Source of the DNA: a virus
Lineage: Duplodnaviria; Caudoviricetes
DNA: 57,057 nt
Virus record (IMG/VR): IMGVR_UViG_3300037502_003469
Coordinates: 1-57,057 of that record
Direction: 5' to 3' (one strand)
Shown: positions 1-10,169 of the stretch, in pieces
How the letters are laid out: each line of letters opens with the position of its first letter
Position numbering within the stretch: position 1 is the stretch's first letter
The notes under the pieces: model-generated
Database searches by the model: none
Told to the model about the DNA's origin: nothing
The model's input: only the letters and a program-made list of their open reading frames with translations
Position numbers and translations under genes: made by a program

Positions 1-3000
1 CCTGTAGTTCCTTGAACTCCAGTTTCGCCCTGTACTCCTGTAGTTCCTTGAACTCCAGTTTCGCCCTGTACTCCTGTGGCTCCCTGAACCCCAGTTTCGC
101 CCTGTACTCCTGTGGCTCCTTGAACCCCAGTTTCGCCTTGGACACCTGTTGTTCCCTGAACCCCAGTTTCGCCCTGAACTCCAGTTTCACCTTGGACACC
201 TGTATTTCCTTGAACACCAGTTTGTCCTTGGACTCCTGTTGTTCCCTGAATACCTGTTAAACCTACTGGACCTTGTATTCCTCTTGCACCAGTTACACCC
301 TGAACTCCTGTATTTCCTTGGACACCTGTGGCTCCTTGGACTCCAGTTTCACCTTGGACTCCAGTTTCTCCCTGAACTCCCTGAACACCTGTCGAACCTA
401 AATAACCATCAACTTTTGTAATTACAAATTCAACCTGACTTACATTTGCGTTTGTTACACCATCGTCAGCTTTAACCTCAAATCGAACAACCCCTGATTG
501 GTTTAAATCAAGAACCGCTATTCCTTTTGCTGTAGGAGTTAAGGTAAAAACGGCATCGGTTCCAGAAATCAAATTACCATTAAAAGTAATTTGATAGTAA
601 AGAGAGTTTCCTGTTCCGAAAGAACCTGTGGAAACCCAAGCAATGTTATAGTAACCCTCAACTAAATTGATCTCGGTAGCGTCAACTCCTCTACTTATAA
701 CAGAATCGTCGCTTTCTACGTAAATGTTATCAAAAGAAACCGGCGTATATTGATCTGTTATGTTTGTAAAAGATGATCTGTATTGTGCTGTAGCTAAAGG
801 AACACCTGAAAGACCAGTGGCTCCCTGAACTCCTGTATTCCCTTGAATACCTGTCGTTCCTTGGACTCCAGTTTCTCCCTGTACGCCCTGTACACCAGTT
901 TCACCTTGGACTCCTGTAGCCCCCTGAACTCCAGTTTCTCCCTGTACTCCAGTTTCACCTTGGATTCCTTGAACTCCTGTGGCTCCTTGAACGCCAGTTT
1001 CTCCTTGGATACCCTGAACACCAGTTTCACCTTGGACACCCTGAACACCAGTTTCACCTTGGACACCCTGTACTCCGGTTTCACCTTGGATACCTTGAAC
1101 ACCAGTTTCACCTTGGACACCAGTTTCACCGTTAATTCCTGCTATACCAGTTTCACCTTGGATACCCTGAACACCAGTTTCACCTTGGACACCTTGAACG
1201 CCAGTTTCACCGTTAATTCCTGCTATACCAGTTTCACCTTGGACACCTTGAACGCCAGTTTCACCGTTAATTCCTGCTATACCTGTTTCACCTTGGACAC
1301 CAGTTTCTCCGTTAATTCCTGCTATACCTGTTTCACCTTGTACCCCAGTTTCTCCGTTAATTCCGGCTATACCAGTTTCACCTTGGATACCAGTTCCTCC
1401 AGAGGTTCCATCTAATCCTGTGGCTCCTTGAACACCTGTGGCTCCTTGGACTCCAGTTTCTCCCTGAACTCCAGTTTCTCCCTGAACTCCCTGAACACCT
1501 GTGGCTCCTTGGACTCCAGTTTCACCTTGGACTCCAGTTTCTCCCTGAACTCCCTGAACACCTGTGGCTCCTTGGACTCCAGTTTCTCCCTGAACTCCCG
1601 TCATTCCTTGTAAAGCTTGTGAACCTGTAATTAAATTATTTGAAATTTGAAGAAGAACGTCATTATTTGTTGAATCAGAAATTTTAAAAGCACCTGATTC
1701 AGAAGATAGTTTAATATCACCGATAAAAATAGAGTTACCTGATAAGTGTAAATCTCTAAATCTTAACCCAGTGGCTCCTAAATCCTGAGTAGCATCTGTT
1801 TTTGGTAAAACATCTCCATTATCATTTATAAATAACTTTGAATTTTGAACTTCCCCGCTTGTTCCATTAAATCTAGCAACTGATTCATCTTCAGAATCAA
1901 TTAATGGGATTCCGCCTGCTCCAGTGGCTCCTTGTGCTCCAGTTTGACCTTGGATACCTTGAACTCCAGTAGCCCCTACTCCAGTTACCCCTTGAACGCC
2001 TGTTTCGCCCTTGATACCTGTAACTCCTATAGGTCCTTGTAAACCTATAGCTCCAGTAGCTCCTTGAACACCAGTATTTCCCTGAATCCCTGTTTCACCT
2101 TGGATACCTGTTCCTCCAGAGGTTCCAGCGATACCTGTTTCACCTTGGATACCTTGAACTCCAGTTTCACCTTGGATACCTTGAACTCCAGTTTCACCCT
2201 GAACACCTGTGGCTCCTAAACCTCCAGTAACACCTACGGCTCCTACAGCCCCTTGAAGATTTACTACCCAAGAAGAGTAAGTTCCATCACCTTGGGCATA
2301 AGTAACATTTAAGGATAATTCTCCTGTTTCAGAGTCATAACTGATTACTTCTCCGTGGAAATGATTTTCTAAATCATAAGAGACTGCACACGATTGAGAA
2401 ATTGTATATGCTAACCCTGTAGCTACGGTTAAGTTTACTGTTTGTCCTACGGTAGGAATAGCAATAGTATCGACACTCGAAGTCTGATAACGATCACCTA
2501 AACCTGTAACACCTTGAACGCCTGTGGCTCCTTGTACCCCTGTTTCACCTATAACACCTTGGATACCTTGGATACCTTGGATACCTTGGACACCTGTGGC
2601 TCCCTGAACTCCAGTTTCACCTTGGACACCTGTTTCCCCTTGGACACCTGTTTCCCCTTGGACACCTGTGGCTCCCTGAACCCCAGTTTCACCTTGGACT
2701 CCTGTTTCGCCCTGAACTCCGGTATTTCCTTGGACTCCAGTTTCACCCTGTACACCAGTGGCTCCCTGAACTCCTGTTTCGCCTTGAACTCCTGTTTCGC
2801 CTTGTACACCAGTGGCTCCTTGAACCCCAGTTTCACCTTGGACTCCTGTTTCGCCTTGAACTCCTGTGGCTCCCTGAACCCCAGTTTCACCCTGTACACC
2901 AGTGGCTCCTTGGACCCCAGTTTCACCTTGGACTCCTGTTTCGCCTTGTACACCAGTGGCTCCCTGAACCCCTGTTTCGCCTTGGACTCCTGTTTCGCCC

Positions 3001-4385
3001 TGAACTCCTGTGGCTCCTTGAACTCCAGTTTCACCCTGTACACCTGTGGCTCCCTGAACTCCTGTTTCGCCTTGAACTCCTGTTTCGCCTTGAACTCCTG
3101 TGGCTCCCTGAACCCCAGTTTCACCCTGTACACCAATGGCTCCCTGAACTCCTGTTTCGCCTTGAACGCCTGTGGCTCCCTGAACTCCTGTATTTCCTTG
3201 AACTCCTGTGGCTCCCTGAACCCCAGTTTCACCTTGGACTCCTGTTTCGCCTTGAACGCCTGTGGCTCCCTGAACCCCAGTTTCGCCCTGTACTCCTGTT
3301 GTTCCTTGAACCCCTGTTGTTCCTTGAACCCCTGTTGTTCCCTGAACACCAGTTTCGCCTTGAACTCCTGTATTTCCTTGAACGCCTGTGGCTCCTTGAA
3401 CTCCAGTTTCACCCTGTACACCAGTGGCTCCCTGAACTCCTGTTTCGCCTTGGACTCCAGTAGCTCCCTGAACTCCCGTTTCACCCTGTACACCAGTGGC
3501 TCCCTGAACCCCAGTTTCACCTTGGACTCCCGTAGCTCCCTGAACTCCAGTTTCACCCTGTACACCAGTGGCTCCCTGAACTCCTGTAGCTCCTTGAACT
3601 CCAGTTTCACCCTGTACACCAGTGGCTCCCTGAACTCCTGTTTCGCCTTGGACTCCCGTAGCTCCTTGAACTCCTGTTTCGCCTTGGACTCCCGTAGCTC
3701 CTTGAACTCCCGTTTCGCCCTGAACTCCTGTAGCTCCTTGAACTCCTGTAGCTCCTTGAACTCCTGTTTCTCCCTGAACTCCTGTTGTTCCAATTGGTCC
3801 AGTTTGACCCTGATTACCCATTATACCTTGCTGACCAGTTATCCCTTGGACTCCAGTGTTACCTTGAACTCCTGTAAACCCACTTGGACCTGTCTGCCCT
3901 TGGATACCTTGAATACCTCTTTCTCCTAAAGGACCTTGAATACCTGTTGGACCTTGTGTTCCAACACCAGTTGCCCCTGAAATTCCAGCAATACCTGTAG
4001 AACCTTGAATACCTGTATTTCCCTGTACCCCTGTTTCACCTTGTACCCCAGTAGTTCCGACAATACCTGTTGGACCTTCTACACCTTGGACTCCTGTTGC
4101 CCCTTGTGCTCCGACACCAGTCTGCCCTTGGATACCTTCAACCCCTGTCGAACCTTGTAGTCCAGCAACCCCAGTGGCTCCTTGAACTCCTGTCAAACCT
4201 TGTGCAGGCTGAATAGTCGCAAAAGAAGGTTTCCACTCCATTGTTTGAGCATCATAAAAAAAGAAAGTATCCAAATCGTTTACGTACCGAACTTCCTTGT
4301 CTTGTGGATTCACAACAGACAAAAGTTCAGCATAAGTTTGGACAGCATTTGTAATCGCACCAGCTAATAAATCTTGAAATGACAT
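1..4385 (-). CDS. Giant collagen-like fibre protein (>1460 aa, 3'-partial) with G-X-T/G-V-Q triplets and three globular inserts
   Basis: ATG at 4385 with AGGA upstream. Translates as [18 protein letters not shown]...[18 protein letters not shown]. Gly codons were in the same frame at every point checked (3908, 2522, 1922, 1382, 842, 11) and no stop was seen, so the ORF leaves the window, which explains its absence from the track. Confidence 0.92.
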   Translation of the reverse strand, partial: MSFQDLLAGAITNAVQTYAELLSVVNPQDKEVRYVNDLDTFFFYDAQTMEWKPSFATIQPAQGLTGVQGATGVAGLQGSTGVEGIQGQTGVGAQGATGVQGVEGPTGIVGTTGVQGETGVQGNTGIQGSTGIAGISGATGVGTQGPTGIQGPLGERGIQGIQGQTGPSGFTGVQGNTGVQGITGQQGIMGNQGQTGPIGTTGVQGETGVQGATGVQGATGVQGETGVQGATGVQGETGVQGATGVQGETGVQGATGVQGETGVQGATGVQGATGVQGETGVQGATGVQGETGVQGATGVQGETGVQGATGVQGETGVQGATGVQGETGVQGATGVQGNTGVQGETGVQGTTGVQGTTGVQGTTGVQGETGVQGATGVQGETGVQGETGVQGATGVQGNTGVQGATGVQGETGVQGAIGVQGETGVQGATGVQGETGVQGETGVQGATGVQGETGVQGATGVQGETGVQGETGVQGATGVQGETGVQGETGVQGATGVQGETGVQGATGVQGETGVQGETGVQGATGVQGETGVQGETGVQGATGVQGETGVQGNTGVQGETGVQGETGVQGATGVQGETGVQGETGVQGETGVQGATGVQGIQGIQGIQGVIGETGVQGATGVQGVTGLGDRYQTSSVDTIAIPTVGQTVNLTVATGLAYTISQSCAVSYDLENHFHGEVISYDSETGELSLNVTYAQGDGTYSSWVVNLQGAVGAVGVTGGLGATGVQGETGVQGIQGETGVQGIQGETGIAGTSGGTGIQGETGIQGNTGVQGATGAIGLQGPIGVTGIKGETGVQGVTGVGATGVQGIQGQTGAQGATGAGGIPLIDSEDESVARFNGTSGEVQNSKLFINDNGDVLPKTDATQDLGATGLRFRDLHLSGNSIFIGDIKLSSESGAFKISDSTNNDVLLQISNNLITGSQALQGMTGVQGETGVQGATGVQGVQGETGVQGETGVQGATGVQGVQGETGVQGETGVQGATGVQGATGLDGTSGGTGIQGETGIAGINGETGVQGETGIAGINGETGVQGETGIAGINGETGVQGVQGETGIAGINGETGVQGVQGETGVQGIQGETGIAGINGETGVQGETGVQGIQGETGVQGVQGETGVQGVQGETGVQGIQGETGVQGATGVQGIQGETGVQGETGVQGATGVQGETGVQGVQGETGVQGTTGIQGNTGVQGATGLSGVPLATAQYRSSFTNITDQYTPVSFDNIYVESDDSVISRGVDATEINLVEGYYNIAWVSTGSFGTGNSLYYQITFNGNLISGTDAVFTLTPTAKGIAVLDLNQSGVVRFEVKADDGVTNANVSQVEFVITKVDGYLGSTGVQGVQGETGVQGETGVQGATGVQGNTGVQGVTGARGIQGPVGLTGIQGTTGVQGQTGVQGNTGVQGETGVQGETGVQGTTGVQGETGVQGATGVQGETGVQGATGVQGETGVQGTTGVQGETGVQGTT
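810..1610 (-). repeat. Collagen block with higher-order GIAGINGET-containing units
   Basis: Repeated ccgttaattcctgctatacc units at about 1130-1370 within G-X-Y repeats. Confidence 0.85.
2500..4200 (-). repeat. Collagen block 1: degenerate 9/18-nt tandem repeats ([12 protein letters not shown])
   Basis: Recurrent ccttgaactcc/cctgtttcg/ccagtttca units on the plus strand. Confidence 0.9.
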
Positions 4386-4453
4386 TTATTCTTCCTAAGC
4401 AATTCAGGTTTAAAGGTTATATTTTTTTATTAAATATCCATCTTTTAATTATA

Positions 4454-4486
4454 TTGACATTTTACGGTAATTGTCGAAAATTTAAT
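4454..4486 (+). promoter_or_regulatory. Possible sigma70-type promoter for the glycosyltransferase operon
   Basis: Perfect TTGACA at 4454-4459 in the divergent intergenic gap; the -10 element is only weak (GAAAAT/TTTAAT). Confidence 0.3.
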
Positions 4487-4558
4487 CACAATGTTTTTTA
4501 AAAAACAAATTAAAAATTCAACATCACTCTTTAAAAATAATATAAAAGGATTACCCTT

Positions 4559-6037
4559 ATGACAACGCTAACACTTTGCATGATTGTAAAAAATGAAGAA
4601 GAAGTTATTGAGCGTTGTTTAAATTCTATTGAAAAAGTCTGCGATGAAATCATTATTGCTGATACAGGCTCTACTGATAGAACATTAGAAATCGTCAGTA
4701 GATATTCTAAAGTAAAAGTAGTTCACTTTGATTGGATTAATGACTTTTCAGCAGCTAGAAATTACTCATTTAGCCATGCGACCAAAGATTTAATACTATG
4801 GTTAGACGCAGACGACGTTATTAAACCAAAAGATTTAAAAATATTAAATTCTATAAAAGATAAAAGTATTAACGAATTACCTGATTGCTACATCGCCAAA
4901 TATCAGTACGCTCATGATGATTTAGATAATGTTACGGTATCTTTATCAAGGGAAAGAATTTTTAAAAGATCAGCGAACCCAGTTTGGATGTATAGAATTC
5001 ATGAATGTGTTCCTCTTTCAGGATTCAAAAAAATAGAAAATATTGATTTTGAAGTGCATCATTATAAAACTCAAAAACAAATAGTTAGAGCGGAAGGTAG
5101 AAATTTAAAGATTTTAAAAGAATGTTGCGAAAATCCGCAAACGAGATGCTCAAGATATGAATTCTATTACGGAAAAGAATTGGCAGATCACGGTAAATGG
5201 GATGAAGCAATAAAATGGTTAAAATCTTATTTAGATCATTGGGATTATTATGAAGATGCTTATTTCGCTACATATAAATTAGCAGAAATTGAGTTTAACA
5301 AAAAAGATTACGACAAATCCGCACATTATTGCTTTGATGCTTTAAAATTAGATCAAAGGCGTGCTGATTTATTTTGTTTCTTGGGTTTAATCTATATAAA
5401 TAAACAAAGATGGGATTTAGCTAAATTTTGGTATAGCACCGCTCTAATTATGCCTTACCCGACAGATAGTTTAGGCTTTTTTAACATGACGTATCACACA
5501 TTTACTCCACATTTCCAACTAAGTTATGTTTATTCAATGTTAAAAGATTGGAAAAAAGCTCTTGAACATATAGAAGAAGCTTTAAAATTTAGACCTACAG
5601 ATAAAAATGCACTATTTAACAAAGAAGTTATACAAAATAATATATGCCCTCCAACTAAAAAACCTAAAAAAGTAGCAATATACATACCTTTTGTTTATGA
5701 CGAGAATAACCCGAATATTAGACTTAGAAAAGTCAATGTTCAAAAAGCATTGAAGAAAAACGGATTTGATTCTGAAATTGTCACTAAATTTGAAAAGCTT
5801 GATTATTTTGATTACGTATTTTCACATTCCCCGTTTTCATCCCAAGAATTGAGAAAATTAAAGTCAAACGGTAAAATAATCGCTATTGATATGGCTGAAG
5901 GCATTTTTGACGAAAATTTTCTAAAATCATTGAAAGAGTATAATTTAGTTTTTTGTTCTAGTTCAAAATTGCAAAACGTAGCTAAAAATTATAATCTGAA
6001 CTCTGTTCATCTGTCAGATAGCTTTGAGGGAAATTAA
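4559..6037 (+). CDS. GT2 glycosyltransferase with TPR repeats and a C-terminal N-half of a GT-B fold
   Basis: TLCMIVKNEE, DTGSTD, DFSAARN, WLDADD and RIHE are GT2 motifs. A helical TPR-like region follows (YYGKEL...A..W; A..WY..AL). The C-terminal KKVAIY...IIAIDMAE...VFCSS looks like a GT-B N-domain. Confidence 0.9.
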   Translation: MTTLTLCMIVKNEEEVIERCLNSIEKVCDEIIIADTGSTDRTLEIVSRYSKVKVVHFDWINDFSAARNYSFSHATKDLILWLDADDVIKPKDLKILNSIKDKSINELPDCYIAKYQYAHDDLDNVTVSLSRERIFKRSANPVWMYRIHECVPLSGFKKIENIDFEVHHYKTQKQIVRAEGRNLKILKECCENPQTRCSRYEFYYGKELADHGKWDEAIKWLKSYLDHWDYYEDAYFATYKLAEIEFNKKDYDKSAHYCFDALKLDQRRADLFCFLGLIYINKQRWDLAKFWYSTALIMPYPTDSLGFFNMTYHTFTPHFQLSYVYSMLKDWKKALEHIEEALKFRPTDKNALFNKEVIQNNICPPTKKPKKVAIYIPFVYDENNPNIRLRKVNVQKALKKNGFDSEIVTKFEKLDYFDYVFSHSPFSSQELRKLKSNGKIIAIDMAEGIFDENFLKSLKEYNLVFCSSSKLQNVAKNYNLNSVHLSDSFEGN

Positions 6038-6038
6038 A

Positions 6039-8375
6039 ATGGTAACAGTAGGATATTGTGCAATGGGAGGCGGAATTTACGCCGCTCAACAATTAAGACC
6101 TTTAATTGAATCATTAGGAATGAAGTTGTTCATAATTACTGAATGGGATGAAGCAGACATCCCTTGGAATAAAGATACCTATCTCCAAGAGCTTGCCAAA
6201 TTTGATATTCTTATTTGTCCTATAGATCATTATAAATTTCCATACAAAGGAAATAACAAGCTTTCTCAATATATGTACTTGAAAAAGCCTGTGATAGCTT
6301 CTCCTCTACAAAGCTATAAAGAAATTGTTACAAATGGTGAGAATGGTTTCATTGCTGATAAATTGGAAGATTGGGTTAAATACCTAACGCTTTTACGTGA
6401 CAACCAAGATTTAAGAAATTCAATTGGTGAAAAAGCTTTTGAAACAGTAAAACATAATTTTTCTCCTTCTTTTTTGTCTGAAAAAATGTATGAATGTTTT
6501 AAAGAAGTAGAAAATACAATTGATATTATTATTCCAAATTATAACAACAAAAAATATCTTTTAAAAACTTTAGAGTCTTTAAAAGAAAATACCAAAAATA
6601 GCTTTGTGGTACACGTTGTAGATTCTAGTACGGAAGATGTTTCCGAAGTTTCAAATTACCTAGCTTCTTCTGGTATGAGATACAGTTTCAAAAAATTTAA
6701 TGAAAGAACTTGTTTTAGTAAGCAAGTCAATTGGGGAATCGAAAATTCAAGCAATAACCTTATTTTGATTGGAAACAATGATTTGCTTTTTACTAAAAAT
6801 TGGGATGAACCTTTAGTTTCTTTTTTAAAAGATAACCCTAACACAATGGTTGGACCTTTATCTAATTGTGACAAGTATTGGCTACATAATCATAACCTTA
6901 TTACCAATAAAGGTTTAAGCCTTGAACCCGGAATACATTCGATTGAGGACTTTGATATTGACGACTTTTATTTTTCTCAAAACAATTTTAAAAAAGATGA
7001 AAGATTCCAGCGAGAAAAGTTAGCTTTTTATTGCACGATGTTTAACCGTAAACTTGTTAGCAAAATAGGAATACTAGACCCTGAATATGTGAATGGAGGA
7101 GAGGATTTCGATTATTGCTATCGTGCAAAAAAGGCTGGGTGGAATTTTTATACAATACACCAATCTTTTGTATTTCATTTTGGCGGAAAAACTCGAAAAG
7201 TTAATGAAAATGAGAATTATAATAGGCATCACGAAGAAGATGTTTTTAACAACACTAGATTAAAAAAGAAGTTAGGTAAATCTGTTTTAGCTTTTTACCT
7301 TGGAGCAGGGTGGGAAAAATGGGATGAAACTAACTTAATTCAAGGTGGAATAGGAGGCTCAGAAACGGCAGCTATTTGGATGGCTAGAGAACTTTCTAAA
7401 TTTGGATACCAAGTTAAACTTTTTGCAGACCCAAAAACCGAACACATGGATTCTAGTGGAGATGATGTAGAATATATTCATTGGAGCAAGTGGGAAAATT
7501 TCGCTAAAACTACCTTCATTGATTTCTTAATATCCTCAAGAACTGTAGCACCTTTTCACAATTTAATTCACGCTTATAAGAAATTTGTTTGGGTTCATGA
7601 TGTATTTATTAATCCTGATAGAAATCACAATGTATTTGTAAACGATGTTACAAATTACTTATGTTTATCAGAATGGCATAAAAATTATTTGAATTATCAC
7701 CACAGCATACCGCTTGAAAAAATACACATAACTGCTAACGGTATTGATGAAACACGTTATCAAAAAGATTTTGAACGTAACGCATCTCAAATATTTTATT
7801 CTTCTAGCCCTGACAGAGGTTTAGACACTCTTCTTTATTGTGCAGATTTTATAAAAGATTATGTTCCAAATTTTAAAGTGGTTGTAGCTTATGGATTTAA
7901 TAATTGGGAAAAGGCTGTCAGATTCAGAAATAACCCTTCCGAAGTTGAAGCAATGGAAAATTTAAAAAAACAGCTACAAAAACCTTATGTCGAATATGTA
8001 GGAAGAGTAGATCAAAAGAAACTCGCTGAAATTCAGCTTCAAAGTAGTGGTTGGTTTTACCCTACAAAATTCCATGAAACTTTTTGTATCACCGCTGCCG
8101 AAGCAGGGTGGAGCGGTAATCCTATTATCGCCTCTAAACACGCAGGAATTATATCTACTGTAAAAGAAGGCGGATTGCTTTTGGAAGGTGACGCTTACTC
8201 TAAAGAATACAGAGAAAGATTTATTAATGAGTGCGTTGATATGCTTGTTAATAAAAAGAAGAATAGAGATTGGGGTGAAATGGCTAAAGAAAGAATGAAG
8301 AGATTTACATGGAAAGCTGTCGCTTTACAATGGCATAGAATGTTTCAAGAAGGAGTGTTTACTGAGATTCAATGA
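6039..8375 (+). CDS. Multi-domain glycosyltransferase: GT-B C-half, then GT2, then full GT-B (GT4-like)
   Basis: ATG at 6039 after GAGGG. KGNNKL..YM...KPVIAS...NGENGF is a GT-B C-domain. IDIIIPNYN, NNDL and GGEDFDYCYRA are GT2 motifs. GGSE, WVHD, NGID, YSSSPDRGL and ETFCITAAEA are GT4-like motifs. Confidence 0.9.
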   Translation: MVTVGYCAMGGGIYAAQQLRPLIESLGMKLFIITEWDEADIPWNKDTYLQELAKFDILICPIDHYKFPYKGNNKLSQYMYLKKPVIASPLQSYKEIVTNGENGFIADKLEDWVKYLTLLRDNQDLRNSIGEKAFETVKHNFSPSFLSEKMYECFKEVENTIDIIIPNYNNKKYLLKTLESLKENTKNSFVVHVVDSSTEDVSEVSNYLASSGMRYSFKKFNERTCFSKQVNWGIENSSNNLILIGNNDLLFTKNWDEPLVSFLKDNPNTMVGPLSNCDKYWLHNHNLITNKGLSLEPGIHSIEDFDIDDFYFSQNNFKKDERFQREKLAFYCTMFNRKLVSKIGILDPEYVNGGEDFDYCYRAKKAGWNFYTIHQSFVFHFGGKTRKVNENENYNRHHEEDVFNNTRLKKKLGKSVLAFYLGAGWEKWDETNLIQGGIGGSETAAIWMARELSKFGYQVKLFADPKTEHMDSSGDDVEYIHWSKWENFAKTTFIDFLISSRTVAPFHNLIHAYKKFVWVHDVFINPDRNHNVFVNDVTNYLCLSEWHKNYLNYHHSIPLEKIHITANGIDETRYQKDFERNASQIFYSSSPDRGLDTLLYCADFIKDYVPNFKVVVAYGFNNWEKAVRFRNNPSEVEAMENLKKQLQKPYVEYVGRVDQKKLAEIQLQSSGWFYPTKFHETFCITAAEAGWSGNPIIASKHAGIISTVKEGGLLLEGDAYSKEYRERFINECVDMLVNKKKNRDWGEMAKERMKRFTWKAVALQWHRMFQEGVFTEIQ

Positions 8376-8523
8376 TCTCTTTAACACACCTATATTTTTC
8401 AGCTTTAAAAATTTTTTTATTGTCTTTGCCGAATTTTTCGCAAGTTTCTCTGAAAGCAAAATGATATGGGTAATCTATGGTATTATTATTCTCAATAACG
8501 AAGTAAAGAATCCAAATAATCAC
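8359..8523 (-). CDS. Small hypothetical protein (54 aa)
   Basis: The GTG start overlaps the TGA of the upstream gene (GTGA). Sequence MIIWILYFVIENN...TCEKFGK...RCVKEIIESQ; below the track cut-off. Confidence 0.5.
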   Translation of the reverse strand: MIIWILYFVIENNNTIDYPYHFAFRETCEKFGKDNKKIFKAEKYRCVKEIIESQ

Positions 8524-8906
8524 TTTTTAGTAATTTTAATTTTTTGATTGTCATAGGAAACTTCGTAATTGTCTCCGACTTCTTTTTTTAAAGAATTTAA
8601 AGCTTTAATTTTACTTGAGCCTCCTAAGTCGATAGCAACTTCTAAAGAACCGTCTAAATGATTCTTTTTAGGTTCTCCCATGAAATGAAATTTACCATCT
8701 CCAAAACCTTCATTGAATCCCTTAGAAAACCACTTTTTTAGACTATAAACATTTGAGTCATCGTTGAAAGTCATTTTTTTATTATGACCTTGAAACATAG
8801 GGTCGCTTTTTGTCTTTTTTGTCTTAGGGTGCTCTTTCTTATACTGTTCATAAGAAATGGCTAATTTTTTCTCTAATTCTGCTATTTTTTCTTTAATCTT
8901 TTTCAT
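8520..8906 (-). CDS. Hypothetical basic protein with N-terminal leader helix, putative internal virion protein
   Basis: 128-aa ORF starting MKKIKEKIAELEKKLA. Confidence 0.7.
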   Translation of the reverse strand: MKKIKEKIAELEKKLAISYEQYKKEHPKTKKTKSDPMFQGHNKKMTFNDDSNVYSLKKWFSKGFNEGFGDGKFHFMGEPKKNHLDGSLEVAIDLGGSSKIKALNSLKKEVGDNYEVSYDNQKIKITKK

Positions 8907-8909
8907 AAT

Positions 8910-9503
8910 TTAATCCAATGCACAATAACGGTGATATTTAATTCCCTCGTCTCCCATTGCAGACACGATTTCATTAAAGTCCATATTTTTTATTTTTGCT
9001 TGATTGTCTTTAACCCAGCGATAAAAAACTTTAATGTCAGCTTTTCCACCCTTAATGGCAGGAATACAAGTTTCTTCATTTATATCAGAACGATCTCTCA
9101 CTCTGAAAGAGTCGTAATCAGCTTGAATGAAAACATCTTTACCTTGAATAGAGATTGGTTTGAAACCTGCCGGTGAAATTTCAATACCTTTATGCTTTCT
9201 TTCATAAAGTTTAATGTTGTCATCTTTCTCTAAGTATTTTTTTGCAATTTTTAATGCAGAATCAAAAGACTTAGCTTTTTCTAACTCTTCCATTAAGTCC
9301 GGTTCATTATTTGATCTGTTTAGATCATATAAAACAAAGCTATCCACCATCTTTCCACGTTTGCCTGCGTTTGTTAAATCCCAAACAGCAACGTCTCTAT
9401 CATAGCGGTGAATTCTTATTGAGCCTACTTCAACACTCTCCCCACGGGATATGCTGGCTAACTTGTGTTGAAGATGAATGATTTGTTCTTTTAAATTTTG
9501 CAT
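8910..9503 (-). CDS. Hypothetical protein with N-terminal leader helix
   Basis: 197-aa ORF starting MQNLKEQIIHLQHKLAS. Confidence 0.75.
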   Translation of the reverse strand: MQNLKEQIIHLQHKLASISRGESVEVGSIRIHRYDRDVAVWDLTNAGKRGKMVDSFVLYDLNRSNNEPDLMEELEKAKSFDSALKIAKKYLEKDDNIKLYERKHKGIEISPAGFKPISIQGKDVFIQADYDSFRVRDRSDINEETCIPAIKGGKADIKVFYRWVKDNQAKIKNMDFNEIVSAMGDEGIKYHRYCALD

Positions 9504-9510
9504 AATGTTT

Positions 9511-9546
9511 TATAAAGTACGCACCAAAGTTATTTCGATGCGTACT
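9511..9546 (-). terminator. Stem-loop after the baseplate operon
   Basis: Minus strand AGTACGCATCGAA...TTTGGTGCGTACT forms a 13-bp stem with G-U pairs and a short T tail. Confidence 0.6.
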
Positions 9547-9553
9547 GTTTTAA

Positions 9554-10132
9554 TTAGAAAGTTAAACGCCAAGTGATTGTAAGTGTTGCTGTGTTTGGCT
9601 TATTGATTACAGGAAATGTTCTGTAATTAATCAAAGTTCCTGTATTAGGAGTAAGTGTTGCATCTCCTCCAACTAGACCCATCTCAAGAAGAGAGCCTAC
9701 AGCTTCCGATTCATTGAAGAAAGTAGTAAGATCAATGACATTTGTAGGAGTAGCTGAAACATTTAAACCGCTAATGAAATTTACACTTTGGAAAGTTTTT
9801 CTAGTCAATTCATTATTAAGCTGAGTTTGAGCGGCTGTTGCAGGGGGTGGATTTAATACGTCCCAACCACCTCCACCTAATCCTACCGCAAGAGCGAAAG
9901 CCCCATGTGCAGGTTCAGTGTTATCTTTCATCAAACGAGCTAGTAAAACAGAGGCAGCATTTGTGATAATGTTTTTTCCTAAGTCTCTTTGCTCAACTCG
10001 CCCATCATTGTAATTTAAAGTCGCAAATAAGTGACCTTCAAGACCAAATCTGGCTTTTTCTACTTCTCTCATTCCAAATCCTGTTTGACTAGATTCAGTC
10101 GGTAAATTAAATTTTTGTTCCATAGGTTTCAT
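9554..10132 (-). CDS. Baseplate/tail-fibre attachment protein (tail-collar-like)
   Basis: Pattern NIITNA...ALAVGLG...TQLNNEL.RK...EAVGSLLEMGL...RTFPVINK...ITWRLTF; lies directly after the wedge genes. Confidence 0.7.
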   Translation of the reverse strand: MKPMEQKFNLPTESSQTGFGMREVEKARFGLEGHLFATLNYNDGRVEQRDLGKNIITNAASVLLARLMKDNTEPAHGAFALAVGLGGGGWDVLNPPPATAAQTQLNNELTRKTFQSVNFISGLNVSATPTNVIDLTTFFNESEAVGSLLEMGLVGGDATLTPNTGTLINYRTFPVINKPNTATLTITWRLTF

Positions 10133-10169
10133 ATTAAAACTCTCCCATTTAGGTAATTATATTAAAGTA

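Noticed and set aside
12-3929. Long plus-strand and alternate-frame ORFs (e.g. 2514..3929, 2549..3793, 843..1415)
   Set aside because: Shadows of the stop-poor collagen repeats; the Gly-X-Y frame with an RBS is the real gene
6028-6034. Canonical -1 slippery heptamer G GGA AAT just before the first GT stop
   Set aside because: The -1 frame reads GGG AAA TTA AAA TGG TAA and stops; fusion to the next gene would need +1/-2
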